Positions 1-14,319 of a stretch of 64,000 bases of DNA are shown here, one piece after another (the stretch's first letter is position 1; every line of letters starts with the position of its first letter). The notes under the pieces were generated by a model. The model did not search any database. It saw nothing but the letters and a program-made list of their open reading frames with translations, and had not been told where the DNA came from. The stretch is taken from contig NOWV01000030.1 of assembly GCA_003344405.1 (NCBI GenBank), positions 124,001-188,000 on the forward strand. The letters are read 5' to 3'. The translations under genes and the position numbers were made by a program. This DNA comes from Trichoplax sp. H2 (taxonomy: Eukaryota).

Positions 1-60
1 CAGATGCAGTTAGACGTCATTCAGCGGAAAACAAGAACGCTAGTGGAAGGCGATTATAAA
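1..60 (+). CDS. Possible 3' end of a gene truncated by the window edge (…DAVRRHSAENKNASGRRL*)
   Basis: Relatively GC-rich open frame from the window edge to TAA at 58-60, followed by AT-rich UTR-like sequence with AATAAA near 543. No homology recognised. Confidence 0.2.
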
Positions 61-3000
61 TTGTTTTATAATCATAAATAGAATCTATTTCAACTTATGA
101 ATTCATTCGCTTGTGGTTATCTAGCACATTTTCCATAGCTCTATTTACAGTCCGTTTTGAAATTCCTGTAATCGAACTTTTTCGAGCTTAAATTGCAAAC
201 TGAATTTATCAAAGATGCCCTCTCTTGTTACATCAAAAAATTCATCGGTAGTACAATTAATAGAAAATAGAAAATGGGCATAAACAGATTCATAAACTAA
301 ACAAGATTGAGAAAACTATGCTCTACCAATTGCTATTACTTTGCTTCAACTATGCATATATATCTACTGTATTTACTTGTTAGAAATCTGTATTTTCAAC
401 CTTAAATTTATCATGAACTTACATGTACAGGATTATATTTTATTTTGGTTTTATACTTATGATACTTTGTATTATAGAAATTTGAAAATAATCTCCAATT
501 CTACGTACACAGTAATTATTTTATCCTATTCGTAGTATAATAAATAAAAGGAAAGTTACTATCAAGGCTGTATGAACATCCAAAAGTGCTAAAACTTTCA
601 TATATTGCAAATGGCGTACACCTTTTTTATCTAAGCTTAATAATAATGATACTGATATCAAACTATTTTATGGCTTATGTAGAAGCAGAAAGTATTTTCA
701 TCAATGCTATCATATCAGATATCTACGGCATCTACTAAAATGGAACCCTACCAAGTCACTATAATCTTGATCTCAAGAGAATTGCGATCAATATCCTACC
801 AGATATCAATTCTACCACAATATAGAGTATTATTCAATGATGGCTATTGGTCTTTATAATGTGGTAACCGCCAAGTTATTCTATACACTTTCTGGCAACG
901 ATAATTAAGCATAAAGTTTATACACCTGTTCCATCGCGATATTACTCGTGATCCTTATGTTTGGAATACGTGCATTGAAGACAGTCTATTTACCCGCAAT
1001 TAGTTTATATTATCATAAAGCTACTTATATTAATATACTGTATAATTTACTGATTATACGTGGATTGTGTCTAGCTTTGTTATAGGTTTAACGCTTAATC
1101 GTGCAAAATACTCCTTTACGTTAGCTTGAGCAGCAATTTAGTCGAAGGAAGTACGTTGTGCACCGAAAATGAACAACCGATATAAATTGCTCATTTTGTT
1201 GCGTCATTTCTTACGCTGATTTAATAGCTAGCCATTCTTTCCTGTACTAGTCAATTTTCTTATCATTGAAAATTAATCCATTACTATCCAAACTAATCCA
1301 TTAGAAAGGACACTTTATTTTACATGAAGACAGTTTACTGATAGGCCAGCGATCGATTGTCGTCTAATTTCTAATGGTAATTGCACTGCCGATCGATAGA
1401 AAAGAATTCTTCTTTATCCAGGATACTTTAATAGAAGGTACTCTGAAGTTTTATTCCGCTAGAATAGATACTTTACTTTACCCAAATATTAGCAAGAATT
1501 GTTTACTCGATTCTATTTACGATAATAGGAATTTAATTTACTGTTACGGTACATGAGTAAACTTTTTCAGCATAAACTGTAAACACATTTTACTTTTTCT
1601 CTCTATTCTAAGCAAATATTGATTTAAAATTCTATATGTCCTAATACCTATGATCGACATTTATCGTGCCAATCGAACATTGCTTACTAGCAAGTCACTG
1701 TAGCTGGTAGCAATCGATTTCATGTTGATAATATAGGATGCAATGGTGCTTTGGAGATTCTATATCTAGTCAATGCATTGCTAATGATATTTACTTATTC
1801 CATCTCTTTGATCCTATTTCTTCCGAGTAATAAATTTCGGCAATTCTCGATTGGCTAGATCGAATACTCATCGTAAAGAGAGCAACTTTTTCTTTCCCTG
1901 ACCCCTAATGCGTGGATCGATCAAGAAAAAATTGGGAGATATTTTATATGTATTAAAGTAATCACCGATGAGAATAACTTGTTCCTCATCTTAGTGGAGA
2001 AATTCTGTATTGATCAAAATGGAACTTTAAACACTATTCTTTACAATTCTTCTGCTTAACAAGCATGAAGAAATACAAGATATCGATTATGAGTAAAAGT
2101 GCATTGATAAAACTACGGACTAGTTATAACTTGACAATAACTGCAGTATAATAAAGACTCGACAATTTTCACTGCATTACTTTAAAAATGCCGCCGATAG
2201 GATTTTAATTTTTTATAAAAGAGAAGATGCAATTTATTGATTTAATTGGTAGTGACCGCAATGATGCTCTGGTTTTCAATACCACTCTCCATCTTTAACA
2301 AGGCCATCGATCTAAAATATTAGTCGAACATCCTGCTCATGATGCTTTGCAACTGCGCTATTATTGTAGTATTTTGCTACTACTGCATTCGAAATCAAGT
2401 ACCAACATTAAATTATTTGAAGGGAGCCTTCATGTTGATGCCATTAAAAATAATGAAATTCTAACTGAAGAAATGTAAATAAATAAAATCAACTAAAATA
2501 GTACAGACATCGGAAGATATTAAAAGCTGCTTCCGCAATATCATGTCCTCTAGGAATTATGAAATGATTCTATTTAATTAATATAAGAGAGGTATCGGAA
2601 GATAATGCATTTTCAAAAAGTGATTCTACAGCATCACACCATTAATGAGTTATAATATCGTATTATTATTTACCGTATAAGGCAAGATTAAATATTATAA
2701 GGAAAAAGTTTAGTAATACTGTACAGTAGTTCCGAAAAGTATTTTTCTAGCGGTTACATAAATGTGATCTGAGACCCACATTAAATATTTATATAAGCTG
2801 CTTTACAATTGCAATCAGCTTTTCATCTTAAATAATATTGTCTTTTAGTCATGATCTCAATCTTAGAAATAACATCGTAACTTCCGTATGGATATTTATT
2901 AAATAATGATGGCTTAAGATAGGTGAGAAAATCCACCCTTGAAAAATAAATCATAAGATTTCGTCGGCGGACTAATAAATAGTTTTCTCCGGCGCATATT

Positions 3001-3949
3001 AATTATTAGAGATACTAGTAAATATCCCGATCAAATATTTGAACGGGCGCATACTCCACATCAAGCAACATATTAAAAAAAAATTTATAGCTAGATTATC
3101 TTACTGTATATGCTTTCTATATTTAATATAAAATCAAAAACTATACATTTTAATTTTGCAACGATCCTTTTTTCCTTGCTTTATATACAGATTAATCGGC
3201 GTAGTACGTAGTAAGATAATTTCTTTTCGAAGGAATTACTTCCAAATTATAGGAAATATCTTTAATAAAACTCAAAATGAGTTATAAGACTAAAGCACTC
3301 CTCTAAGGATATATCCCGGTATTTATATCGGCATTTGCAGCTAATTAGTTATATCGGCTAATTGATCGCTAATAGTGGTCATAATATTTATATGCAAAAC
3401 ATCATCAATATCATAGACTCTCAGAAATCTTAGCGCCTTAAATCTAAATTTTCACGGAAAATCTAGAGCAATACACTCTAAACCTTCAGAAAGGATTATA
3501 GTCTACTGTATATTATAATTGCAACTGTGACTACATCCCCAAATTTATTGACAATTTAGACTGCAAATAATAATAATTTACTGATCATAAATGAGCGCCC
3601 ACCTTACTCTAATGGAAATCTTAATTAATCTGTACTATTTCCATTATTGATTAATCTCTTCTCACGCCTGGTTGAGAAGACTGAATTAATAATCGAAATA
3701 CATTATTAACTGGTGTTTTAGTAATTATAAAAATTATATCGATGAAGGCTAGTAGACTATAATTGATTTCAATTAATCAACCATGTGGTGCCGATGCATG
3801 ATTCCAATAAGTTAAACCAGACAATGTCTAAATATAATTGCATTTACAAGCGTCTATGTTTTCTTGACCACAATTTTAATTTAAAAGTTAAAAAAATGTA
3901 GAAAATTTTAATTTTTGGTTCAGTCTCAATCCTTGGTTCCTAGGATATT

Positions 3950-4275
3950 ATTTGATTCCATCTTCGTATCTATCTCAGTTTTTAAGGTCATTTTGTCTTC
4001 TCAGTCTTATTCAATATAACCTTTATTCTTAAGGCTAAATTTCGATTCCTCCTTCGTATTTAAAAATAAAATATGAATTAATAATTAAAATTGATCAAGA
4101 ATGAAGATCATGTCTATCTCAGTTTTTACACCATTGTTACTCAATTAGCAACCAAACTAATAATAATACTTTCTTCTGAGGACTCAATTTTGATTCCTTC
4201 TTCATATTTGGAAAATAGGGTAACCATTAATAATTAACATCAATCAGAAAATAGATCATATCTATCGCAGCTTTT
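3950..4275. repeat. Degenerate local tandem duplication, about 3 units
   Basis: Blocks 'tgattcc.tcttcgtat' (~3953, 4043, 4191) and 'tctatctcagtttt' (~3969, 4113, 4261) recur. Confidence 0.6.
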
Positions 4276-5670
4276 CCGCGCTATTTTTACTCTTCTACTT
4301 ATTTATGCTGCTGAGATAAAGATAATTGAATAACGTAAAGAAAGGGACAATTTATCGACGTACAAGTATTATCTAAAACAGTTATCCCGCCAAGGAATAG
4401 CAACAATTTGGCTCACCCAACTATTATTATAATCCATCGCTTTATAGTCACATATTGACATTAATTTGATTTTACTTGTATCTGCTATGTTAAATGAATT
4501 ATAAGAACTTTATTATTTCCTAAATTGAAAATTGAATACATATACAATCATAGTAGCGTAGTAGTAGAGTATATGCAAATTGCATAGATAATAGAAATAA
4601 TCGACGTATTCCACTTAATTAATTCTATCTTCAAGTTCGGGTTAAATTCATAATTAGGCAGTTGGCCCAGTGGGCCAATAATGTTTGTATAAGTTGAAAT
4701 AATAAAGTATTATCAAAGATATTGTAGCCATCCTATAATTTTCATTAATTTACTATCGCATGTTTCGAGATATTATATGGATAACAATGATTAACAGCAG
4801 TCATGATAATGTCCAGGGCTATATTGACATTTGTCCGATGGAAATGAACTGAACACCATCTTAACCATTCTTGATAGAATGTTATTGGCGTTAAGGAAGA
4901 GGAACACTTTACCCCTCTATATGTATTGCCCTAAGTCCTATTCCTGGAAAGACATTTTAACACCAGGTGCTGCAGCTGTTTTTTTCGACAATCTATTCAT
5001 GGTTGATTTAAGTAGATTGTCAATATTTTTTTAACTCAATACAACTTTATTGATTATTTTATCTCTCTGTTAATATCATAAGAAACAATATTAAAAAGAA
5101 TCAATTTGATTAGTAGTGTCCGCACCATAGCAGCAATATATTTAAAAATAAAAAAATAGCAAGTATAATGCTAATCGAGAACTCGGTATCGAATTAGTCA
5201 TGTTATCCTTTGGTAGCTAATTTTAATTTAAAATTACAAAAGGAAACCAATGTAAAACTCTGTATGTAGCTTTTATCAAGTTTTATATTATAATAAAAAA
5301 TGTATTTAAATATGCTCGTCTGCATAAGCTTTAAGTTTCTCAACCTTTTTATTAGTGCATATATTGTAAAGTAGGTCTTTAAATAAATATATAATAATAA
5401 TCATGATAAAATAGTGGAAGTTGAATTTGGTATCATATCGTTAATTAATTTTTTCTTTTGCAACTACCTCCAAGGTCATTTTAGAATTGGCTTGCTAAAG
5501 CAAACGAATGGCGAGTCTATGTTTGCAAGTTTTAGTCGAAATTTAATTTTATAAAATACCGATGTAGTGGTAAGCAAAAGTGTGAGATTCGAATATCTCC
5601 AGCTATGCCAACAAATATTTTATATATTAAACAAATACTTTATATACTACAATTCTGTTAGTTCTTTAAT

Positions 5671-6030
5671 TGGGATACAATAATGGCTATGATAGGACAA
5701 TATGAAGCAGAATAGATACAAGATATTTTTATTACTTGGAGATGTAAAAGAGCTGAGATAGCGGGAATATTAGGTCTTCAAAGGGATACAATGATAATTA
5801 TAAAGCAGAACAATTCAGTATCGTATCTGTAATTTTTCCTTTTATAAGTACGTGCAATATCATTTTAAAATAAGTAAAGCAAATAAATAGCAATGGAAAT
5901 AGATATTATGTTTATTAGGTCTTTAACGGGATATAATGATAATGATGAAGCAGAATTCCGTATCATATCAATATTTTTTCCTTTTATAGTTACGCCCAAT
6001 GTCATTTTAAAATTAGTAAAGCAAATAAAT
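5671..6030. repeat. Degenerate local duplication
   Basis: 'gggata.aat.at…aagcagaa' occurs three times. 'tttttccttttata…gtacg/ttacg…aat.tcattttaaaat.agtaaagcaaataa' occurs twice. Confidence 0.6.
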
Positions 6031-7274
6031 AGAAATTTATGTCTGCAATGTTATTCTCGAGATTTAATATTATAAAATATCGCTACAGCTATACGTATAA
6101 GTATACAAAATTTTCTTAATTTCCATCTGTATTCTATCTACATATACCTAAACTACTTGAAATTAAACTTAAATAATATGTCTAGTAGCTTTCATTTATC
6201 GAAAACGATATAACTCTATTGATGTGGTAGCAATGAATTCTAATTTCCGGTATTAACCTTTTAATAGAGTAGCACGAGGTATAAACAAAATAGAACATAG
6301 TCATGTAGCTCATAGATAGAAAGGGAAAAATCGACGCCTTGGAAAGTCTCTTTCTATTTGTATAACACTTATAACGGTATCCATTAGACAAGTACAGGCA
6401 TGAAATAAAATTTTTCTAGTATTTTCCTAGAACGCTTGAATAGCTCTTAACGAATAGAATTATTGCATCGGAATGGATAGAATCTTGCTATTCATTGGTA
6501 TAAAAGTAGCTATACCTAAATTTAGAGCATCATGACGCAAGTATATAACGACGTTAATTGAACAAGCGTGACGTAAGCTAAAAAAATTTTCAACCATTTC
6601 TGAACACTATGAATATCTAACGATTTGCTGATGATTGATTTGTAGAAACAGTAATCTTGACACTGGAAAAGACTGCCATTTCAGTAAGTAGAATTTATTG
6701 GTATATTCTTAATCTACGCTGAACAAATTTCAGAGTATAACTAGATCGACGAATCATCCATTGGCTAACGGTAGGGTTCATTTCTAATACCTCAAAATAA
6801 CTGAAATTTATTCACAATACTCATATTCTAAACTACTCCTCCCTGCTATTAATTAATCATCTTCTAGTGAATGTAAGCCGGTAAAGTTGATTTTGTTATT
6901 ATCAAAAGTGTAGAAAAGATTCCTTTTTTTTACTTTTTTCCCTTCTCACAAGCAACCTTTACTTTTCTAACACCTTCCTACTCAAAATTAACGGTCCGAT
7001 CAATTCCAGTTTATTCTCATATGTGATTGGTATCTTTTGGCAATAGCAATGTTGACGCATTTGTATATCTATCATAATGGATATGATATATAGTTAAATC
7101 CAAGGCTAACGGACGCTTTATTGTGCTAATGGTTGATGAAAACCATCTGTTATGTCCTATTATATAATATTATGAACAATCTACGTGTAGCCTAGTGACG
7201 ATGAGTCTGTTTCCAAGTTGGACAGCTTTATCTCCATGCTTAGAAAAAATTGCTTTAGCTTAATGATGATCAGA

Positions 7275-7850
7275 TGATGCAGAATTTCATTTTGGAGCTT
7301 CTTATATGCTTACAAAATTCTATAGGATAATTTGGTTACAATAGATCGATTTAGATATTAGCACGATAATCACAATACGATTCAAAGTTTTATCTTGTAG
7401 CTAATTATATACTTAGAAAAATTCTGCGGGATTACTTAGTTACGATAGGTCGATTTAGATATTGGCTTGATTATAATCATCATAATATGATTCAAAGTTT
7501 CATATTGTAGCTTGTTATATGATAGTAAAAAATTCTACTGTATGACTTAATAATATCAGATCGATTTAGGTATTAACTTGATCATCATATGACTCAAGTT
7601 TCACTTTGTAGCTAATTATTTGGTTATAAGAAATTCCGATTGTATAACTTGATTAAGATAGGTCGATTTAGACTTCAGCTTGATTATCATTATATAATTT
7701 AAAATTTCGTTATATAGCTTATTATATGCTTATAAGAAGTTCTACGGGATAACTTAGTTCGATAAGTCGATTTGGATATCAGATTGATCATCTTAATACG
7801 ATTCAAAGCTTTATTTTGTAGCTTGTTATATGCTTATAAAGAATTCTGTC
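7275..7850. repeat. Degenerate tandem array, about 5 units of ~118 bp
   Basis: The unit 'ttcaaagtttt…tgtagct..ttatat…aaattct…gatag(g/a)tcgatttagatatt.gcttgat' repeats at about 118-bp spacing. Confidence 0.8.
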
Positions 7851-7851
7851 G

Positions 7852-8160
7852 GAGGGACAGTAATTAGGAGTGGAACAGAAATTGATTAACTGTCTGTAAA
7901 TACTACGATACTGTAAGACAATTATGAAGAGAAAATAGATTTCGATATTTTTCCTTTTCATCCTATTTAGCTGATTGATATTTCTGGTTAACTTGACGGA
8001 CAGCGTTAAATCAATTTTTGTTGAAGGGATAGCAGTTATGAGGGAAAGAAAATTAAACTAATGTCTGTAGGTAGTATGATTTTGAGGCAAAAATATATTT
8101 CGCTGTATCTCTTTTTTGGTCATATTGAATTTGTTATTCCTTTTCCAACTTGATGATAGT
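7852..8160. repeat. Diverged two-copy duplication, ~175-190 bp
   Basis: 'gagggacagtaatt…tgtctgta…aacttgac' is echoed by 'gaagggatagcagtt…tgtctgta…aacttgat'. Confidence 0.5.
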
Positions 8161-8530
8161 ATTCCCAAGCTATTCCAACAGATCTGCATACTTGTAGAGA
8201 TCGTCCCTTCATGGTAGAATCAGATATGACTCCTTGAATTATTTATAACTATCCTATAAGCGATTCCAATCGATCTGTGTCGTAGTAATCCCTCTATATA
8301 CTCTTATTATAATAGTATCAACATGACTCATGAAATCTTCTGTAACTATCCCATAAGCGATTCCAATCGATCTGTGTCATAGTTATCCCTCAAGGTAGAA
8401 ACAACATGACTCATGAAATTTTTTACCAATATTTAACAAACAATTCCAATAGATTGGTATCGGCGTAGTCTTATAATAGTAGAATTTAGGCATTATTCAT
8501 GGAATCCCAAATCTTTCGTAAACTATTCCT
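8160..8530. repeat. Degenerate tandem array, about 4 units of ~95 bp
   Basis: 'aactatcc.ataagcgattccaatcgatctgtgtc.tagt.atccctc…aacatgactcatgaaat' is near-identical at ~8247 and ~8344, with looser flanking copies. Confidence 0.75.
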
Positions 8531-10974
8531 ACGGATTAAATTACCTATACAAGTTTATGTGTTATAATTCTTTTTATTTCATAACTAAAGATGACTAATT
8601 TAATTAGTCATTATTATTAAACCATTTTTCTTAATCAGTTGAAAATATAACAGCCTACTTCCTATAAATGATTCAAAATTTTTTATTTCATTTTCCATTA
8701 ATAATAAAAAAGGGGGTAAATAATATCAGTTACTCTTTGACCAAGACCAATATTAATAAATATTATGTAAACGATGTAGACTGTAATAATATCTTAATTA
8801 ACCGATGACATGGTGTACCTAACGGCCTAGCTAGCATCAATCATGCTCAAGAAGGGATACTATTAGAAACGAAGTGAATTTTAAATTAAAATAGTATCAC
8901 TAAAGTGTAGCAAAAAAATGGCTAAAAGAAAATAAAGAGGTGAATAAAATGGGCTCTGTCTTGTTACCAACCTATCAATTCCGGTAGTAGTAGTAGTTGA
9001 TGCAATCTTGGCTATCTGATTTCATCTACAACTCCCTCTGGAGGCGTACTAATTGATTTTTTCCTTTCCATGTCGGCACATTATTTTATAATGATACATA
9101 TTACCTTTGAACTCTCTATATTAAGTTACAGCAATTCACCAATATCCTTCACCAGAACGAAAATCTTATCCGCTGTTGGCTTAATAGGATTAATATTTGA
9201 TTTTATTTCTCAACTCTTTGAATTCTAGGTTCGTTAGCAATTGCTAAAGAGATTTTATTCTCTTACCGGGCATAACTTGAATAGGACAATAAAGATATTT
9301 TAATCTTCGTTTGCTATAGCCTATCTATTTCTATGTTAGCACCTAGCCGATATTCAAGTTACAATATGTATCATTCTTTGGACTTTCTCCAATCCAATGA
9401 TAAATTCATTTCCAATAGCATAATTTCCATTTCATTCTATTCTCCTGTCCTTTACTATATTCTGTTGAGTTGATAGAATAGGAATACAGTTCTATTCCAT
9501 TTTTCCGACATAAATTATGAAAGGCGTAGAAATTAACTGATTAAAATTGTACTACTGACTCTACCCCTTAACTTTTTCATATTTCTAATTGGATAGAACA
9601 TAATTCTATTTGAAGCTTTTAATGAAAATTTAAATATCTCAAAAAATTTTGAAAGTAGATCCAATATCATCATATGTCCTATTCTAATCTGTATGATATT
9701 GGCGAATAAAACTCTTAAATGAAAACTAACTCAATACAAGATAGACTGCTGCTTCTATTCTAATTCATGAAGGAATAATATACTGAAATAAAAATAGTTC
9801 ATGACTTAGCTAAGCAAATAGATGAAAAAAATACGATCTCGATCTGTGTGACATGACTACTAGAGCTATTAAAATAAAATAATGGCTTTGCACAATACAA
9901 AATGGATAGCCACTTTATTGATTTAGAAATTATAGATTGAAATGGCAAAGGGTAAAACCTAGTCAATCATCGATATAAAAAAGGAAGATGGTATTCTAGT
10001 CTATTCTCTTATGAGTTCCAAGGATAAAACGAATCCATTCGTAATACCTAGATTAATCTAACAAGAGATTGCATTTTACTCGCATTCCCTACGAGTGAAA
10101 GAAGAAATAAAAGCAATATTAACTAGCAGGCATTTCTAATGAAGTACAATGAAGGAAAAACAGGATTCTTGGTGACCAAGATTTGATTGATGGGTATAAA
10201 AGTTCATCACCTTTTCCTTCCAATCGATGAGAACAGTAGGTATTCTGAATGATTGAATACGCTAGAAATAGATGGACTGAGAAAACTGACAGACTCCCTT
10301 GGTAAAATTCATGTATAATTCATTAATTTTTTGAAGTAACTAGCCAATTTTCCTTCATTACTTGATAATGAAAATAGCTGTACTATTGATTTGTTAGGTT
10401 ATAGAATAATTGCTAGATATTCAAGGGTAAATCGGTGATAATAGTCGAGACGAAGATAAAAATAACCAACATTGTATTATTATTCAAGGATATCAATATT
10501 GTCTGATTCTATCAAATAGGCGTCAATAAAAATTTAAGAATAAAATGGAAGTATACGGACATCTTTACTGATCTAATTCTTTCAAAGGATGACAATGATT
10601 TTTACTTTAGGATTCATTGATAATGAAATTGTATTCAACAAGATAAAATAGAAATGGCAACATCAATCGATTTGAATGAAAATCCCATAAATAGAGATGG
10701 CGCAGCCCATACTCTTATGATCTATAGATGAAATAAAGAAAAGTGGTGCAAGTTATTGTTACATTGGATCTATTTACTTGATCCAATAAGGAGTTGTTGA
10801 AAAAGGTATTCATAGCATTCCTTGAGTAATTAAAAAGTGGGCAGATGATTGCAACCTTGTCATACAACTTGATTAATCATGACGGTAACATCCCTTGCTC
10901 TTCTCTAACCCAGTTGAACAAACATCGAACATCGAAAAGTGGAAAAGAAGAAGAAAAAGGTAATTTTCTAGAGA

Positions 10975-11430
10975 ATACTCAATTCGCCATGGCATTTAGC
11001 CACCGTTAAGCCTCCATTTTTGCATGCTTTTGCAAGGATATTCGTCTTGATCAGTTCTTTCCTCCAGGACAATTTGGGGTCCCTTTTCTTTTAATTTATG
11101 CTTAAACTAAAAATTTTTTATGCTATTTTGGTTCGAAGAGGAGTTCTATAGCATAGAAGAGAGTGAATTTACAATTAGTAAATATCTTCTTTCATCCTGC
11201 TATCATTAACTTACCACGGTATGCTCGATCCACCATGACATTTAGCTATTATCAAGCTCCATTTTGCTTGCTTTTGTAAGGATATTCGTCTTTATCAGCA
11301 GTTTTCTACAGGATAACTTAGAGTTGCTTTTATTTCAATTCGTGCTTTAAATCAAAAATTTTTCCTACTTCGGTTTGAAAGGAGTTCCATGGCATGAAAG
11401 AGAGCGAATTTGCAAGTCGTGAACATCTTG
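10975..11430. repeat. Two-copy direct duplication, ~246-bp period
   Basis: 'ccatg.catttagc…ctccattt…gcttttg.aaggatattcgtctt.atcag…aaaaatttt…ggagtt…agag.gaattt' at ~10987 and ~11232. Confidence 0.75.
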
Positions 11431-11844
11431 TTTTATTATTTTAAATGGGCATGGAATATAGACAGTTTCAAAATGACATAACCAAAGCGGATAAATAACT
11501 TCGCCAATGAATGTAGTAATCTTATACAAAAATTAATAATAGCTTAAAATTTTTTTCCATTACTGTTTATTCTAATCTTCAATAGCATCGAAGAATTATT
11601 CTTTACTTGTAATAATAATTGCTAATATCGATCGTGGTGATTAGTAATCCATTTACTTACTGATCGGGTTTGTACGGCTGAAAATGAACCCCATATAATT
11701 TTAAAACAGCTTATTGCTCCATGAATTTTACCACAAATCAGATCCAACATCAACGCGTTATTCACTGATATTAAAAAAAAGTTGTCTAATATTGTAAATA
11801 ACGTTTCCTTAGCGGTAATTTCTATTTGTATATCGAAATTCTTA

Positions 11845-11992
11845 CTGCTTCTACATCCCTAGCCCAGATCAAATCGGGGAAAAAAATATCCAGCTCTACA
11901 GGTTAATCGATAGCAAATCTACTACTTCTACTTCTACATCCCTAGCCCAAATCGGAAAAAATATCTAGCTCTACAGGTTAATCGATAGCAAT
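11845..11992. repeat. Two-copy tandem duplication, ~83 bp
   Basis: 'cttctacatccctagccca…aaatcgg…aaaaatatc.agctctacaggttaatcgatagcaa' occurs twice. Confidence 0.85.
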
Positions 11993-12864
11993 CGCTTCAT
12001 TTAATCCACTTTCCGTGTTTTCAATTTTTCATTTGAACAGCAATCAATTTGTTTTTCCCTCTTATTTGTTGATTACATCCAATCGGTGCTATTTAGATAC
12101 CATAATGGCAATTATTTAAACTTAATTAGCAATATTAATCAGCAGGCGATGGAAACGATCAACGATGGTTACTATTTTCTCCATCTACCCTAGGCAAATT
12201 AATCATTCTAGTTTTATGAGGATAGACATACAGTTAATCTTGATTTTCTTTTCTCCATCTTTGAACTGATTAAGAATGCAATTTTAATTTTTACTAATTA
12301 GGTCATTAGCTCAGCATAATTAGCCTGGAAACTTTCAATTTTCAACCATAATATAGCGTACAATTCAATTCTTTCTGCGCAAACTGAATGTTTCTTTCTA
12401 TTTTTATTATGATGACATTAGCAACGTTGCATCTGTCATCGTTGCGCCATCCTATTCGATCATTAAGGCATATGGGAAAGTGCAGAGGAAACACCTATTA
12501 AAATTAACGACATATCAAGCAACGATTGTTGCGACATTAGTCCTGTCTAGTGCATAAAAGTGAAAAAAAGCGTGTCGCTATATCTTGGGATATCGTTAAG
12601 GAAGCTGCTGACGGCCATCGTAGCACAAAAGTAATTATTTCCAATTCGAGTCTGACGTTGCTAGTCCTTTCTAGATCATTAGAATCGCCATCTCGATTGG
12701 AATTTAGCCTTACCGTCCTTGACTATCGTTGGCTTTAATTGAACGGGTTTCATCGTTGATTGAAAGATTGAATAGGCTCAAGGTGCCATTTCTGATCCTC
12801 AAAGTAAAGATTTGTTTGGAGAAGAAACCTTTAGGTTATTGTATTGATATCCGTAGATTGCATA

Positions 12865-13255
12865 AAAATCATCCGCAAAAAAAAATCATTATAAGCTCTT
12901 CTTTCCTTCAGGTATTACCTAAGGGTAGTTTAATTAGTCTTAAGATTTATATCGATCTTGAGACAGAGTATTAAATCATCGGTAAAAAGAATCATCGTAA
13001 GCTCTTCTTTCCTTCAAGTATTACCCAAGGGTAGCTTAATTTATCCCAAGATTTTTTATTCATCTTATATGAGTAGCAAATCATCCGCAAAAAAGTCGCC
13101 ATAAGCTCTCCGTTCCAAGACTTTTCATTATCTTAGACAGAGTAGCTATCATCAGCAGAAATAAAACCGCTATAAGCTCTCCATTTCTTCCAGTATTATC
13201 CAAGGATAGTCTACTTTATCCTTAGACATTTCATCCACCTTAGACCGAGTAGCTA
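12865..13255. repeat. Degenerate tandem array, about 4 units of ~70-110 bp
   Basis: 'atcatc.g.aaaaa…taagctct.c…gtattacc.aagg.tag…tcttagac.gagta' recurs. Confidence 0.75.
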
Positions 13256-13519
13256 CGACTACGGCGAGCGTCCAGGCGATTGAAATGGAATCCTGTTTAA
13301 AGAACGGTGAAATATTGTCATAAAAGTTTCATCTTCCACGGTTCCCCATAAATCATCGGATTAAATCCAATACAAGCAAGAATTAATATTCAAAATCGAG
13401 GGTACGTTGAACAGTAGGCAGCATCGCTAAAGGTGATAATTCTATCCCTACGTTCAACGTATGACAATATAAAATGTGCTAATTTATTTGGCAGATGGCG
13501 TGTTTATTATTAAAAAGGA

Positions 13520-14225
13520 GCAGTGAAGCAAAATCGATTTCCTACAATACCACTAGCTTAGCCATTATTCTTATCTAGTTTTGTCTAGAATAGTAAAGAA
13601 AATCCATTTTCTACTTTCCTATTATAAACTGCTAGCATAGCCATTATTTCTATCCAGCGCTGATTCATAAGCTCAGTTTTATAACAGCGGAGCAAAATCC
13701 ATTTTGTGCTTTTCTATAATTTTGCTCGCTTAGCCATTATTCTATCCAGTTATGTGTTAAAACAGCAAAGCAAAATTCCTCTTTTGCTTACCCATAATAT
13801 TACTCTCTTAGTCACTATTCCTATCTTATTCTGTTATACTGAGGTATAATTAGTATTCAGCATTCCATCAACCATTATTCTTGTCCAGTTCTGTTTTATA
13901 ACAGCAAAGCCATATTCATTATTTGCCTTTTTAGAATATAAATAGCATAGCCAGTATTCCTATCTAGTTCTGTTTGATAACAGTGAAGAAAAATCCACTG
14001 TTTAATTTCTTCAGAATACGACGAGTATAACTATTATTCCTATTTAGCCTTATTTGATCAATTCTGCTTTATAACGGTAAAGAAAGATCCATTTCCTAAT
14101 TTCTTAGAATACGATGTGCATAGCTATTATTTCTCATCCAGTTCTGTTTTACAACAGTAAAGTAAAATTGATTTTTTTACCTTTCTAGAATACTACAAGC
14201 ATAGCCATTCTTCTAACCCCGTTCT
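13520..14225. repeat. Degenerate tandem array, about 9 units of ~75 bp, directly upstream of the GPCR ATG
   Basis: The unit 'tagccattattc.tatc(t/c)agttctgtttt.taacag.aaag.aaaatccattt…tagaatac…agca' repeats. Confidence 0.85.
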
Positions 14226-14319
14226 GATCATCGGTTGCTAATAACTACCATTGCATGATTCTACTTCTTTTCATCACTGATTGCGATCTTGGAGCTACCA
14301 TTAATTCTTCACTGACGCC

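Noticed and set aside
4662..4678. Perfect short inverted repeat TTGGCCCA-G-TGGGCCAA
   Set aside because: It is a single 8-bp stem with no supporting context, and no transposon ends or target-site duplication were seen.
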